DNA of 48,620 nucleotides from Chloropicon primus. Its lineage: Eukaryota. Made by a program: the position numbers and the translations under genes. Shown here one piece after another: positions 28,877-38,576 of this stretch. The DNA lies in the NCBI GenBank assembly GCA_023205875.1, contig CP060764.1, positions 682,001 to 730,620 of the forward strand. Direction: 5' to 3'. The stretch's first letter is position 1. Each line of letters opens with the position of its first letter. The notes beneath the pieces were generated by a model. It did no database searches and was not told the DNA's origin. It saw only the letters and a list, made by a program, of their open reading frames with translations.

Positions 28877-30190
28877 ATGATGATGACGATGAGGAGGTTG
28901 GGGAGGGTGTGGAGGAGGGAGGGGAGGGGGAGAGTCAGGACGCTGTTGGAGGACCCGACAACGAGCGGGAGGGCGTACAGCAGCAGCGGACAGGCCGAAA
29001 AGGTGGTGGAGAACGGGGCCACGTTGTCGGGTACGACGCCCAAGGGGCAAAGTGCCAGGGTGGACACACAGGAGGAGGAGGGGAGGTACAGGCAACGTCT
29101 GCAGGAAATGGCGCAGGCTGGTCTGGACGACTTTGTGCCGAGGAGGAGACCTCTGGGGACTGGGAGGGGAGCCTTTCGGGAAGCTGCTCCCCTCGAGTCC
29201 TCGGTCCTCACAGACTCCTTCCTGAGGCACCACTCTTACTTGAGGATATCTCTCACGGAGAGGTGCAACCTGCGATGCTTGTACTGCATGCCGGAGGAGG
29301 GGGTGGACCTGACGCACAGCAGCCGACTCATGTCTACGGAGGAGATCGCGAGGATCTCGGAGCTCTTCGTCAAGTGCGGGATCCGCAAAGTGAGGCTGAC
29401 GGGGGGCGAGCCGACGCTGAGGAAGGACCTCGTGGACGTTGTCAGAATGCTCAGCGGTTTGCCTGGCTTGGAGCAGTTGGCCATGACCTCCAACGGAATC
29501 GTCCTGGGCCGGCTCCTTCCGGACTTGAGGGAAGCCGGGCTGACGCACCTCAACATTTCCCTGGACACCTTGAAGCCCGACAGGTTCGAGGCGATGACGA
29601 GGAGGAGCGGGAGGGGCCTCGACAGGGTGCTGAAGACAGTAGACGCGGCCTTGGGCCTGGGGTTCGACAAGGTCAAGCTCAACGTGGTCGTGATGAAGGG
29701 GGAGAACGAGGACGAGGTGCTGGACTTCGTGGAGCTCGTGAGGGACAGGCCCCTCAACGTGAGGTTCATCGAGTGGATGCCGTTCGACGGGAACGTTTGG
29801 TCCATGGAGAAGATGGAGCCCTACAAGGTGACGAGGGCCAAGGTCGAGGAGAGGTTCGGGGCCCTCGTGCCCACGGAGTGGGAGGCCAGCGCGGTGGCCA
29901 AGGACTTCAAGCTCGACGGCTTTGACGGCGAGGTGTCCTTCGTGACCTCAATGACGGAGCACTTTTGCGACTCGTGCAACAGGCTCCGGCTCATGGCCGA
30001 CGGCAACTTCAAGGTCTGCTTGTTCGACGACGGGGAGACTAACTTGCTCAAGCCCATGCGCGCAGGGTTTTCGGACGAGGAGCTGGCTCATATCATAAAA
30101 GGCGCAGTGGGCAACAAGAAAGCCAAGCACGCCGGCATGCTCGAGCTCAGCAAGATGCCGAACAGGGCCATGGTAAGAATAGGCGGCTGA
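28877..30190 (+). CDS. CNX2: GTP 3',8-cyclase (molybdenum cofactor biosynthesis, MoaA/CNX2), organelle-targeted
   Basis: Radical-SAM motif YLRISLTERCNLRCLYCMP, RLTGGEP, FCDSCNRLRL and C-terminal IGG. Confidence 0.97.
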   Translation: MMMTMRRLGRVWRREGRGRVRTLLEDPTTSGRAYSSSGQAEKVVENGATLSGTTPKGQSARVDTQEEEGRYRQRLQEMAQAGLDDFVPRRRPLGTGRGAFREAAPLESSVLTDSFLRHHSYLRISLTERCNLRCLYCMPEEGVDLTHSSRLMSTEEIARISELFVKCGIRKVRLTGGEPTLRKDLVDVVRMLSGLPGLEQLAMTSNGIVLGRLLPDLREAGLTHLNISLDTLKPDRFEAMTRRSGRGLDRVLKTVDAALGLGFDKVKLNVVVMKGENEDEVLDFVELVRDRPLNVRFIEWMPFDGNVWSMEKMEPYKVTRAKVEERFGALVPTEWEASAVAKDFKLDGFDGEVSFVTSMTEHFCDSCNRLRLMADGNFKVCLFDDGETNLLKPMRAGFSDEELAHIIKGAVGNKKAKHAGMLELSKMPNRAMVRIGG

Positions 30191-30314
30191 CCAGCCGATC
30201 CGATCCCCTCCCCCCTTGAAACCATTGCATTGTAATAGATCACATCCCCCCTCCCTCCCTCCCTCCTTCTGATGACATTATCCAAAAGTTCACTCTCCGG
30301 TGGCGGTGAAGGCG

Positions 30315-31652
30315 ATGGCGCTGGCGTTGAGTGTTGGCGGAGGGAAGGCGTGGGGTTCCGGATGCGCGGGGTGTCGAGGAACCCCCCGAGGCCTCCCTCG
30401 CGGCGCCCTGGCCGTCACCTCCGCGGCTACCGACCGGAGAACCACGAGGAGGTCCAACCACAAACGCAAGTCCAGCAGGAGGCGAAGGACAAGGACCCGG
30501 AGGGAGAGGGAGAGGGAGAGGCAGAGCAAGAGGGAGAGCGGACTGGAGCGAGCGGTGAGGGATGGGAGGGCGAGGCTGAGGGAGGCCTCGAGTCGCGTCG
30601 CGAGGGAGGCCAGGAACCTCGGGGACAGGCTGGGGGGTCGGAGGGGGACTACAGGGTTCACAATCTCTGCAGATCGCCCGGGGGCCTTCTCCCCCTCGTC
30701 CGAGATGGCCAGGGCGCGGCTCGGGTCCCGGACCATCGAGTACATTGTGCTGGGGACACTCGCCGTGCTCCTGGTCGCGGCCAAGGCCTTGCCCTCCTCG
30801 AGGACGAGGAACTACGGCAGAGGGAATGTGAGAGGGACGTGGGTGAAGGACAGGTCGCTGGGGGGGAAGATGATATTTGTGCCGGCGACTTCTTCCACGG
30901 AGTACGACTTTTCGTCCTCGTCCTCGTCCTCGTCCTCCCCTTCCACCCCCTACGCGGCTTCCTCGGCAGCGGAGGCGAGGGCGTCCCCCGCCGCAACACG
31001 GGAGGTGTCCAAGAAACCAGTGTGGTGGTTGTACGACGACTTCAGCGGGCCCGTGAGGGAGGGGGCCAGGCCGCAAGTGCAGCAGCTGGTTCGGCTGCTT
31101 GAGGGCGCAAAGCAGTCCTACGGGCGGGATGTCAACATGGGCGACTTGTGCCAACTCAAACTGATTTGCCAGGACAACTCCTTGACCGTCGCTCCGAAGA
31201 CGGCCAGCGGCAGGGACTCCATGTTCCGCACGGCGGTGGAGGGGGCGCTGGACGCGGTGGAGGAGGGTCGGGCTTCCGTTGGCCTGGGAAACGACGGGGT
31301 CCACGACTTTCTCACGGGCTTGTGCGTCGCGATAGGCGTGCCTCAGGACAGGGCTCTGACCATCTCCAGCGGGGAGACCGCGGCCAGACTGAGGTCCCTG
31401 CTGCTCCAGGCCGTCGTCTCCCTGCGGACCAAGGACGACCTTGATCTCCTGAAAACTCTCATCAGGATCGACAACGTCCTCACCACCATGCCTTTCCCTT
31501 TGAAGGACAAAGCCCCGGAGGTGGAGGTGATCACCAGGAGCCTCAGGAACAGCATCAACGCGGAGGAAGGAAGAAAAATCTACGCGCAGTTCCCCCAGGC
31601 GAAGGAGGACAACTTGAGAATGATGAGGGCGATGCTGAACCTCTCCGTCTGA
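30315..31652 (+). CDS. Uncharacterised, probably plastid-targeted single-TM protein of a conserved green-lineage type
   Basis: Transit-like N-terminus, TM segment YIVLGTLAVLLVAA, and motifs WVKDRSLGGK, RDSMFR and AARLRSLLLQA. These recall an uncharacterised plant family from memory, not verified. Confidence 0.7.
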   Translation: MALALSVGGGKAWGSGCAGCRGTPRGLPRGALAVTSAATDRRTTRRSNHKRKSSRRRRTRTRRERERERQSKRESGLERAVRDGRARLREASSRVAREARNLGDRLGGRRGTTGFTISADRPGAFSPSSEMARARLGSRTIEYIVLGTLAVLLVAAKALPSSRTRNYGRGNVRGTWVKDRSLGGKMIFVPATSSTEYDFSSSSSSSSSPSTPYAASSAAEARASPAATREVSKKPVWWLYDDFSGPVREGARPQVQQLVRLLEGAKQSYGRDVNMGDLCQLKLICQDNSLTVAPKTASGRDSMFRTAVEGALDAVEEGRASVGLGNDGVHDFLTGLCVAIGVPQDRALTISSGETAARLRSLLLQAVVSLRTKDDLDLLKTLIRIDNVLTTMPFPLKDKAPEVEVITRSLRNSINAEEGRKIYAQFPQAKEDNLRMMRAMLNLSV

Positions 31653-31828
31653 GCGCGGTCTTCGGCATCCACCGCAGCAGCACGAGGGCGCGTGCGTTGT
31701 GTGTTGGCGTTGTGCGGTAGATTAAAAAAATATTGTATGTCTGTAGTAAAGAGTTCGCGTGCCACTTTTGATTGGCCCTCTCCTTCCACCCAGAACGCCC
31801 CGCGGCCGCGACCTGCGCTCCCTCGAGC

Positions 31829-32542
31829 TCAGAACTTGTCGTTCATCCTCGCGCATATTCCCCTCATCCTGGAGTACACCTTTCCTGGTGGCGAACCCAA
31901 AATGAGGCCGCAGATAGCGTCCCTTGCGACCTTTATGTTCTGAAAGGATCCCAGAATCCTGATGTGAGTGTCCGCGACCACGATACGCGTCCGCGTGGCG
32001 TTCTCTATCGTGAACCTCGTCTTCCCCCCCTTGCCCGCTATCCTACCAATGCAACGGGAAAGGTGCTCCCCCTTGAGAGTCTTCACGTCCTTCACCTCGA
32101 AGCACTCCACGTACAAGTCGTCCAGTCGCAGCAGGGCGATGCCGTCGTTGATGTCGAAGCCCAGGACGAAGGCCTGGACGAAGTCCGCGGACTTCTGCAG
32201 GGCGCTCGAGTCCTCCGTCTTGTCCGTCGTCCTCAGCTCCACCTTCCTGGTCTTCAAGTTCATACGCATGTCGCACTTCATCTGCTCCGTCACCGGCGTG
32301 TACAGCTCGAGCCACTTCTCCTTGAGCGGCGTGAACCTGTGCTGGGGCACGCTGACCTTCCTGTACTCTATCTTTCGCTTGGTCCCCTTGGACGAGGACG
32401 CCCCCTTGTCCTCTGTCTCCTGTGTCTCCTGTGTCTCCACGTTCATCCTTTCCCCTCCTCCTTCTCCTTCTCCTTTGTTGAGTGGTGTGAACCTCACCGT
32501 GTCCTCCTCCTCCTCCTGGTTCCGTTCTGTTTTGTTCCTCAT
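31829..32542 (-). CDS. PNO1: Pre-rRNA processing KH protein PNO1/Dim2
   Basis: Motifs RKVSVPQHRFTPLK, DAIALL-type segment, HLSRCIGRIAGKGGKTRFTIENATRTRIV and LILGSPPGKVY. Confidence 0.96.
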   Translation of the reverse strand: MRNKTERNQEEEEDTVRFTPLNKGEGEGGGERMNVETQETQETEDKGASSSKGTKRKIEYRKVSVPQHRFTPLKEKWLELYTPVTEQMKCDMRMNLKTRKVELRTTDKTEDSSALQKSADFVQAFVLGFDINDGIALLRLDDLYVECFEVKDVKTLKGEHLSRCIGRIAGKGGKTRFTIENATRTRIVVADTHIRILGSFQNIKVARDAICGLILGSPPGKVYSRMRGICARMNDKF

Positions 32543-32673
32543 GTCCTCCAAGCGGCTCTGTTCCTGTCCCTCTCTCCTCTGTGTCTTGTGTCTTGTGTGT
32601 TGTTGGTGTTGGTGTTTGTGTTGTTGGTTGTTCCCCTCCTCTCCTGCTCTGTGGCGGCTCCCCCTTCCCTGAA

Positions 32674-32726
32674 CTAAACCCTAAAACCCTAAAACCCTAA
32701 AACCCTAAAACCCTAAAACCTAAACC
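32674..32726. promoter_or_regulatory. Interstitial telomere-like (telo-box) array, (CCCTAAAA)x5, upstream of PNO1
   Basis: Read directly; lies about 130 nt from the PNO1 ATG in the PNO1/GT47 divergent region. Confidence 0.8.
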
Positions 32727-33122
32727 AGGAACACCAAGACAGAGCACCACGACCAGGACCACGACCACGACCACGACCACGACCAGGAGGAGGACCACGA
32801 CCAGGGCGAGGACCAGGACGAGGACCAGGACCAGGACGAGGACGTATCCTACATTGACATTTACGAAACGATCCACACCACACGACACACGACACACGAC
32901 ACACGACACAGCTGGACGAGGGGGACCACAGGGGGCAGGATGACAGGAAAACAAATACAAAAACAAGGACAAGGACAAGAGAACGACTCGAGACTCCGGA
33001 GGGAGGAGGAGGAGAGGGGAGGGACCTAGCAACGACCAAGGGTGTGAACAACACGGAGAGGAACTTTGCACCTCGCTTGGCTTGGCTTGGCTTGCCTTTT
33101 CCCTTTCGGAGGGGGGGGAGGA

Positions 33123-34850
33123 ATGAAAAACAAGAACAAGAACAAGAACAAGATGGGAGGGCTGCTGCCCACGACCACGAACAGGGGGCCACTCAGCAGC
33201 AGGAGGATCTCGCACTCGGGGAACAACAGGGATTGTAAACTATCGACAGGCCTGGCGAGGCATCGGCCTCACAACTCCCTTGGACGCTTCAGGTGCCAGC
33301 GTCAGCAGCGCTTCGTTGTCTTGTCCTCCATTCTGCTGTTCTCTTTCACTTTCTGGCTGCTCTTGTACACGCCGAGGTACGAGCTCGTGAACGAGATCAG
33401 CTTCGCGGTGAAGGACTTGAACGAGCTCGCGTACGGCACCGTCATCCGGCCGGCGTACTACAACCTGGTGGAGGTCTTCGACACCTGCACGGCGGTGGGC
33501 ATGCAGGAGGTGGAGATCGTGGACAAGGGGACGGAGGTGATGGAGGGGGAGGGGCAGAGCTGGAACCACATCGATCAGTCCAGCGGGGACGCCTGCGCCT
33601 ACCGCTTGACGAGGGGGGACCAGCTCCCCGTGCTCATGGCTGGCGGGGACGAGGGCGGGCGGGGCACGCTTGGGGCTGCTGGGGGCCTCGGCCTTCCCAA
33701 GATCTTCATCTTCGAGCCCGAGGTGAACGCGTACGCGCGCGAGGAGAGCCGGTGCGAGGAGCAGTTCTTCACCGAGGCTCTCCGGTCCAACGTCACGGGG
33801 ACGTTGGTGTCTGAGGTGTGGCAGGCGGACCGGATCTACGTCAGCTTCCTCGCGCAGTGCTTTCCGAACGGGGACATGGACAAGGAGAAGCTGCTGCGGG
33901 ACCGGAGGGAGAACCGGAACCACTTCACCAAGGACATGCCGCGCAGGAGGCTGGCCAAGGCCACGCCCCTGAACCTCCTATGGGAGGAGGTCAGGCACGC
34001 TGACGAGGTCCGCAATAGGCTGGAGGACACCTTCATTTACTCTGAGCGCCACTGGACCAAGCGGACCGGGTTCGCCACGCCAATCAGGGACGTGCTCAGG
34101 GACTTCCCCTTCACCATCCTGAGCCCGGAGGTGACCAACCTCCAGGTCCGGGAGGCGAAAAGCGCCGACAACTTGGAGTGGCTCTCCAAGCACATTGTGA
34201 TGCCCCAGCCTCCCTTGGTCGCCTGGCCCCTCGAGGGCGCCGTGAGCCCCGAGGGCAGGCCGCACAAGTTCTGCTTCTCGGGGACGCAGATCAACAACGA
34301 GAGGAGGATCCTCTCGGATGCCTTGGAGAAGAGGAACGACTCCTCTGTGGTCGCGGGGTGCAGGAGGGACAGGAAAAGCTTGCAGCACCACTTGAGGAAC
34401 AACAAGTACTCTGCTTCCCAGCAATACAGGAAGTGTGAGATGTGCCTCGTGCCCCACGGGGACAGCCTTTCGGACCGAAGGCTCTTCGACGCCATGGCCA
34501 GCGGGTGCGTGCCCGTGGTCACCCCGATCATGAGGCCACTCCCCTTCGCGATGACCGAAGAGGTGGACTACAAGAGCGCCGCCCTGTTCCTGAAAGAGCC
34601 AAAGACCTTGAACGACCTGGAGGAGCAGCTGAACAAGATAAAAAACGCGATGTCCCCAGAGAAGCTCGCGATGTACAGAGAGAACAGTGTCAGGATCGCC
34701 CAGAAGCTGAGCTTCTCGGAGTGTGGAGGCCAGGCGGGCCTGGTGCTCACCCTGAAGCAGCTGCAGATCCAGAGGGAGGAGAGGGAGAAAGGCATCCCTC
34801 CGCGGGACCTCACCTCGGTGCTCTTGTACTTTGATAACTCGGTGCTCTAG
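33123..34850 (+). CDS. Exostosin-family glycosyltransferase (GT47)
   Basis: Type II TM anchor and C-terminal motif CLVPHGDSLSDRRLFDAMASGCVPVV. Confidence 0.88.
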   Translation: MKNKNKNKNKMGGLLPTTTNRGPLSSRRISHSGNNRDCKLSTGLARHRPHNSLGRFRCQRQQRFVVLSSILLFSFTFWLLLYTPRYELVNEISFAVKDLNELAYGTVIRPAYYNLVEVFDTCTAVGMQEVEIVDKGTEVMEGEGQSWNHIDQSSGDACAYRLTRGDQLPVLMAGGDEGGRGTLGAAGGLGLPKIFIFEPEVNAYAREESRCEEQFFTEALRSNVTGTLVSEVWQADRIYVSFLAQCFPNGDMDKEKLLRDRRENRNHFTKDMPRRRLAKATPLNLLWEEVRHADEVRNRLEDTFIYSERHWTKRTGFATPIRDVLRDFPFTILSPEVTNLQVREAKSADNLEWLSKHIVMPQPPLVAWPLEGAVSPEGRPHKFCFSGTQINNERRILSDALEKRNDSSVVAGCRRDRKSLQHHLRNNKYSASQQYRKCEMCLVPHGDSLSDRRLFDAMASGCVPVVTPIMRPLPFAMTEEVDYKSAALFLKEPKTLNDLEEQLNKIKNAMSPEKLAMYRENSVRIAQKLSFSECGGQAGLVLTLKQLQIQREEREKGIPPRDLTSVLLYFDNSVL

Positions 34851-35198
34851 GTGTTCATCAGGAGTAACGGATGGCATTGCAGGAACAAGGTGGCGGGGGG
34901 TTTTGTGCTGTGGGCGGGGTGTTATCCCTTGTTCTTCATCTCGTCTCGAGGACACCATTATAATTGTTTCATTCATTCATTCATTCGTACACACATTCTT
35001 CGGTTCCGTAAGTCCAGGCAGGTCCTAACCCATCGTCGTTGTTGTAGAGCCTTGCTGCCTGGCCCTCCATCGATCGGGTGTTCCTGTTCCTGTTCCCCTC
35101 CTGGTCTGGTCCCTCCTCTCAGTCAGCTCCAGCCCAGCGCAGCGGGGAGGAAGAGGAAGAGGAAGAGGAGGAGAGGAGAACTCAGCAAGGCAGGCAGG

Positions 35199-36569
35199 AT
35201 GACGGCGAAGAGGAAGGGGGAGGGGGCGGAGGCGGGACAGGGGAACGGGAACAAGAAGGGGAAGACGAAGGAAAACAACGAGAAGGTCGAGGCACTGGTG
35301 GACGTGGAGGTGGCGAGCGGCGGGGGGTGCGTCTGCGTTGCGGCGGGGGCGAAGCTCTTCGTGCTCCGCCAAGGGGAGCCTCGGTGGTGCGAGCTCCGAG
35401 GGGGGCAGGGCGGCGACGCCGCAGCGGTCAAGTGCTTGGCGGTGAGTCCGTGCGGTCGGTACGTCGCGTCGGCCGGGAACGACAAGAGCCTCAAGGTGTG
35501 GGCCGTGGTCCAAGGAGAGGAGGAAGGGAAATGCTTGTGGTCTGCGACCTTTCCCAAGAGGGTGAGCAGCCTGGCTTTCAGCGCGGACTCCGGGGTTGTC
35601 TTCGCCGGGGATAAGTTCGGGGACGTGAGGTGCCTCGCTGTGGAGAGCCCGAGGACGAAGGAGACGGACAAAGGGACGGAGATCGACCCGAGGAGGGTCT
35701 TGGGACACTTTTCCAGCATCATTACCTGCCTCTCCGTGTCGCCCTGCGGAAGGTACTTGGCGAGCGGGGACAGGGAGAGGAAGATCAGAGTGGGCTGCGT
35801 CCCCCCCTCCCCCGTGGAGTCGGGCGTTCACGAGATCCAGGCCTATTGCATAGGTCACTCCGCCTTTGTGACGGCCTTGTGTTTCGCGAGCAGCCGCTCT
35901 TTGATCTCGGCGTCTTGGGACGGGACGGTGAAGCTGTGGAGCTGCGAGGACGGCGCGGAGAAGGACAGCGTCCACCTCGGGGCGGGCTTCGGCGTGGACA
36001 CCGCCTCGCCAATCTCGATGGCGCTCCTGGAAGAGAAGAGCATGGTGGCCGTGGCGACGGAGAAGAGGGGCGTGTGCCTCGTACAATACAGCGAGGAGGA
36101 GGGCAAGCTGAAACCCGTCCGGTGGATCGCTCCGCCGAGCATAGATTTCGTGCCCGTCTCCATCGCTGCGGGCGCCCGGGGTGATCTGTGGGTGGCCGGC
36201 TGCGAGGTCAAGCCCAACCACCTCGGCTCCGCGCCCTCGGAAAGGGGCTGGTACTCGGAGGAGGAGCTCAAGGCGATCCAAGGGGGCGGCGGGGAGGCCG
36301 GGTCGGATCCCGGGTCGGACCCCGGGTCGGTCCTGGCGGCCGTGTACACCCTGAGCACCGGGCCCGAGGCCAAGTACCTCGAGAAGCAGGAGGGCGTCTG
36401 GGGGGGGCCGGGCGCTCCGCCGGTGGTCCTGGTCGAGAACAGCAAGAGAGTGCGAGGCCTGCAGCTCGTGCCCTCCGAGCTCCACAAGCACGTCTACCCC
36501 CTGAGCGAGAGGGAGTACAGGAAGCGGCACCAGGCTTTCCGGGTCCACGGGGACAGGGGACTCAATTAA
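35199..36569 (+). CDS. TRM82: tRNA m7G46 methyltransferase non-catalytic WD40 subunit
   Basis: WD repeats plus family motifs PKRVS, GDKFGDV, GHFSSIIT, DRERKIRV and IQAYCIGHSAFVT. Confidence 0.88.
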   Translation: MTAKRKGEGAEAGQGNGNKKGKTKENNEKVEALVDVEVASGGGCVCVAAGAKLFVLRQGEPRWCELRGGQGGDAAAVKCLAVSPCGRYVASAGNDKSLKVWAVVQGEEEGKCLWSATFPKRVSSLAFSADSGVVFAGDKFGDVRCLAVESPRTKETDKGTEIDPRRVLGHFSSIITCLSVSPCGRYLASGDRERKIRVGCVPPSPVESGVHEIQAYCIGHSAFVTALCFASSRSLISASWDGTVKLWSCEDGAEKDSVHLGAGFGVDTASPISMALLEEKSMVAVATEKRGVCLVQYSEEEGKLKPVRWIAPPSIDFVPVSIAAGARGDLWVAGCEVKPNHLGSAPSERGWYSEEELKAIQGGGGEAGSDPGSDPGSVLAAVYTLSTGPEAKYLEKQEGVWGGPGAPPVVLVENSKRVRGLQLVPSELHKHVYPLSEREYRKRHQAFRVHGDRGLN

Positions 36570-36672
36570 GTCACAAATCCATTAATAATCTATACACGCG
36601 GTAGTATACACAACAGCAACAACGACGACTACAACAACGACGACTCGTTGGTGATTCGTTCGCCTAGTTCGC

Positions 36673-37338
36673 TCAGACCAACGAGTCGATCTTGGAAACG
36701 ATTGTTCTCGCGTCCTGCGGTTCGTACTTGTCGAAATCGGAGTCCTCCATCCTCGCTATTGCTTCCGCTATCGCTGCGGGCTCGACCTTGGCGTGGAGCA
36801 GGAGGTTCTTCCCCGCCAGGTGGTCCGCGAGCTCCTCCTGGTGGTTCACCATCAGCGCCGGGTTCGGCACGGCGATCACCCTCCTCCCCGCATTGAGCGC
36901 CTCGAAGAGCGACCCGGCCCCCGCGTGGCTTATCACGAGGTCGCTCTCGTCCATGTACGCCCCGAGGCTCGGGCACAGGTCGAAGTACAGGACTCTCAGC
37001 GCCGAGGGGCCCCGCGCTCCCGGCTCGAGCACCCGGGTCGGCTCGTACTCGCCCCTTCCTATCTGGAGGGTGAGGTTCGTGTACCCCGCCCTCACCAGGG
37101 CGTCCCTCACCTCCTCCGAGTCCACGCTCCGGATCAGGTCCTCGAACTTGGTCGTCCCCACCGTCACGAAGCACCTCTTTCCCCTGGTTCCCGTCTTGCC
37201 CTTGCCCTTGCACTTGTTCTTCTTGTTGTTGCTCTTGTTGTTGTTGGTGGTGGAGGGGTTCTTCTTGATCTTGGAGGGGTTCGACTTCCCCCTCGGTCTG
37301 CCTCTCCTCCCCCTGACCCCGCCGGTGGTTGCCACCAT
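36673..37338 (-). CDS. ALG13: UDP-GlcNAc transferase subunit ALG13
   Basis: Motifs FVTVGTTKFEDL, LQIGRG, ISHAGAGS and NPALMVNHQEELA. Confidence 0.93.
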   Translation of the reverse strand: MVATTGGVRGRRGRPRGKSNPSKIKKNPSTTNNNKSNNKKNKCKGKGKTGTRGKRCFVTVGTTKFEDLIRSVDSEEVRDALVRAGYTNLTLQIGRGEYEPTRVLEPGARGPSALRVLYFDLCPSLGAYMDESDLVISHAGAGSLFEALNAGRRVIAVPNPALMVNHQEELADHLAGKNLLLHAKVEPAAIAEAIARMEDSDFDKYEPQDARTIVSKIDSLV

Positions 37339-37435
37339 CGTGGCCTCCTCTCCTCTCGCTCCCTGCCGCGGTCTCGTCTATCAAGGGGTACAGCTGTATC
37401 TATAGTAGGAAATTGTTCATCTTTAACACTTTTTC

Positions 37436-37543
37436 GCTAAGATGCCCGAGCTGGTCCAAGGGGGACGACTTAAGCTAGAATTTCTACTCTGTATGAGATC
37501 GTCTGCACGCGCGTGCGCGTGGGTTCGAATCCCACTCTTAGCA
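37436..37543 (+). tRNA. tRNA-Leu(UAA) with a 23-nt canonical-position intron (37475..37497)
   Basis: Acceptor stem GCTAAGA/TCTTAGC+A; D arm with TGG; anticodon stem GACGA/TCGTC with loop CT-TAA-G|intron|A; long variable arm; T arm GTGGG-TTCGAAT-CCCAC; downstream T9 Pol III terminator. Confidence 0.95.
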
Positions 37544-37715
37544 CCCCTTTTTTTTTGGTCGAAGGTCCTCTCGGGGTCCTCGTCGGGCGATGCGATGAGA
37601 AGAAGGAAGGTGGCGGAGACCAGGACGACGGCGATGGCGAGGTCTTCTTGCTCATCACAAAGCATTCCTTTTCTTTTCCCTTTCTTCTTTGCATCTTTCG
37701 TTTAATCCGGTGGTT

Positions 37716-38132
37716 TCACAGCAACTGGAAGAGGGCGACCGCCCCGACCAGGGCCATGAAGAATGCGCGGGTCCCGGGCGTCGCGGCGCTGCTGGAGGAG
37801 CCGTCCCCCTCGCCGAGCACGCCCCCGAGGGACTCGGTCGGGTTCCGGGAGTCGGCGCCGTCCGGGCCACCGGTGACGCCCACCCCGCCGTCCCCGAGGG
37901 GCTCGGCGACGACGCAGGCGAGCGCGCCTCCGCTCCAGCCGCACTTTCCCTCGCTCGTGACCTTGGCCTCACAGTCTGTTTCCGTCTTGTAGCTCTCGCA
38001 CGTCACCGCGAGGACCCCAGCGCAAGCCGAGCAGGCCACGACGAGGACCAAGCCCAGCAGCGCTGCAGTTGCCAAACGACGAGGGGCTCCTCCTCGTGCA
38101 CGGCCGCGGGCTGAACAGCGTCTCTCGCTCAT
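37716..38132 (-). CDS. Small secreted, probably GPI-anchored Cys-containing surface protein
   Basis: Signal-like hydrophobic stretch, 4-Cys module, Gly/Ser linker, SSSSAA omega-like site and hydrophobic C-terminus FFMALVGAVALFQLL. Confidence 0.7.
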   Translation of the reverse strand: MSERRCSARGRARGGAPRRLATAALLGLVLVVACSACAGVLAVTCESYKTETDCEAKVTSEGKCGWSGGALACVVAEPLGDGGVGVTGGPDGADSRNPTESLGGVLGEGDGSSSSAATPGTRAFFMALVGAVALFQLL

Positions 38133-38319
38133 CGTCCTGCTCCCCGTCAATCCTCAACCCTCCGTCCGTTCTCTTGGACTCCTGCCCTGCCTTGCTCATC
38201 CACTGACCACGAGGAGGAGGATGTCTTTGCCTTGTGTCAGTCGTCGGTGTGTCAGTCGTTGGTGTCGTTGAGGAAGCCTTCGAGTGCGAATAGAGTGGCG
38301 TGTATGCGTATGGTGTGCG

Positions 38320-38368
38320 TCTTTGTCTTTGTCTTTGTCTTTGTCTTTGTCTTTGTCTTTGTCTTTGT
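38320..38368. repeat. (TCTTTG)n microsatellite
   Basis: About 8 perfect copies in a divergent intergenic region. Confidence 0.9.
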
Positions 38369-38525
38369 CCCCCAAAGTCTGCACGATTATTCTGTCGTAA
38401 TGCAGTTTGTCTGTCTCGCGCCAATTTTCCCGCGGCCCGAGAGAAGGAGAACGAGGAGGAGGCGCCCCTCCTGGTGGAGACCGGGAACGAGAACGAGACA
38501 AACAAACACAAACGCAGGGGACAGG

Positions 38526-38542
38526 ATGGACAACCTCCGCGG

Positions 38543-38576
<34 letters not shown>

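Noticed and set aside
32674..32726. Interstitial telomere arrays as chromosome fusion scars or a telomerase RNA template
   Set aside because: No head-to-head inverted arrays, the repeat type differs from the terminal one, and no snRNA-type promoter or terminator is evident. The promoter position fits telo-boxes better.
17497..37338. GT29, GT47, ALG13 and MurD as a glycan biosynthetic cluster
   Set aside because: They are separated by unrelated housekeeping genes and act in different compartments and pathways.
37478..37499. tRNA intron sequence AATTTCTACTCTGTATGAGAT resembles the Cas12a crRNA direct repeat
   Set aside because: Single copy with no spacers or cas genes, the repeat stem is broken, and it lies within a eukaryotic tRNA intron. 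Coincidence.
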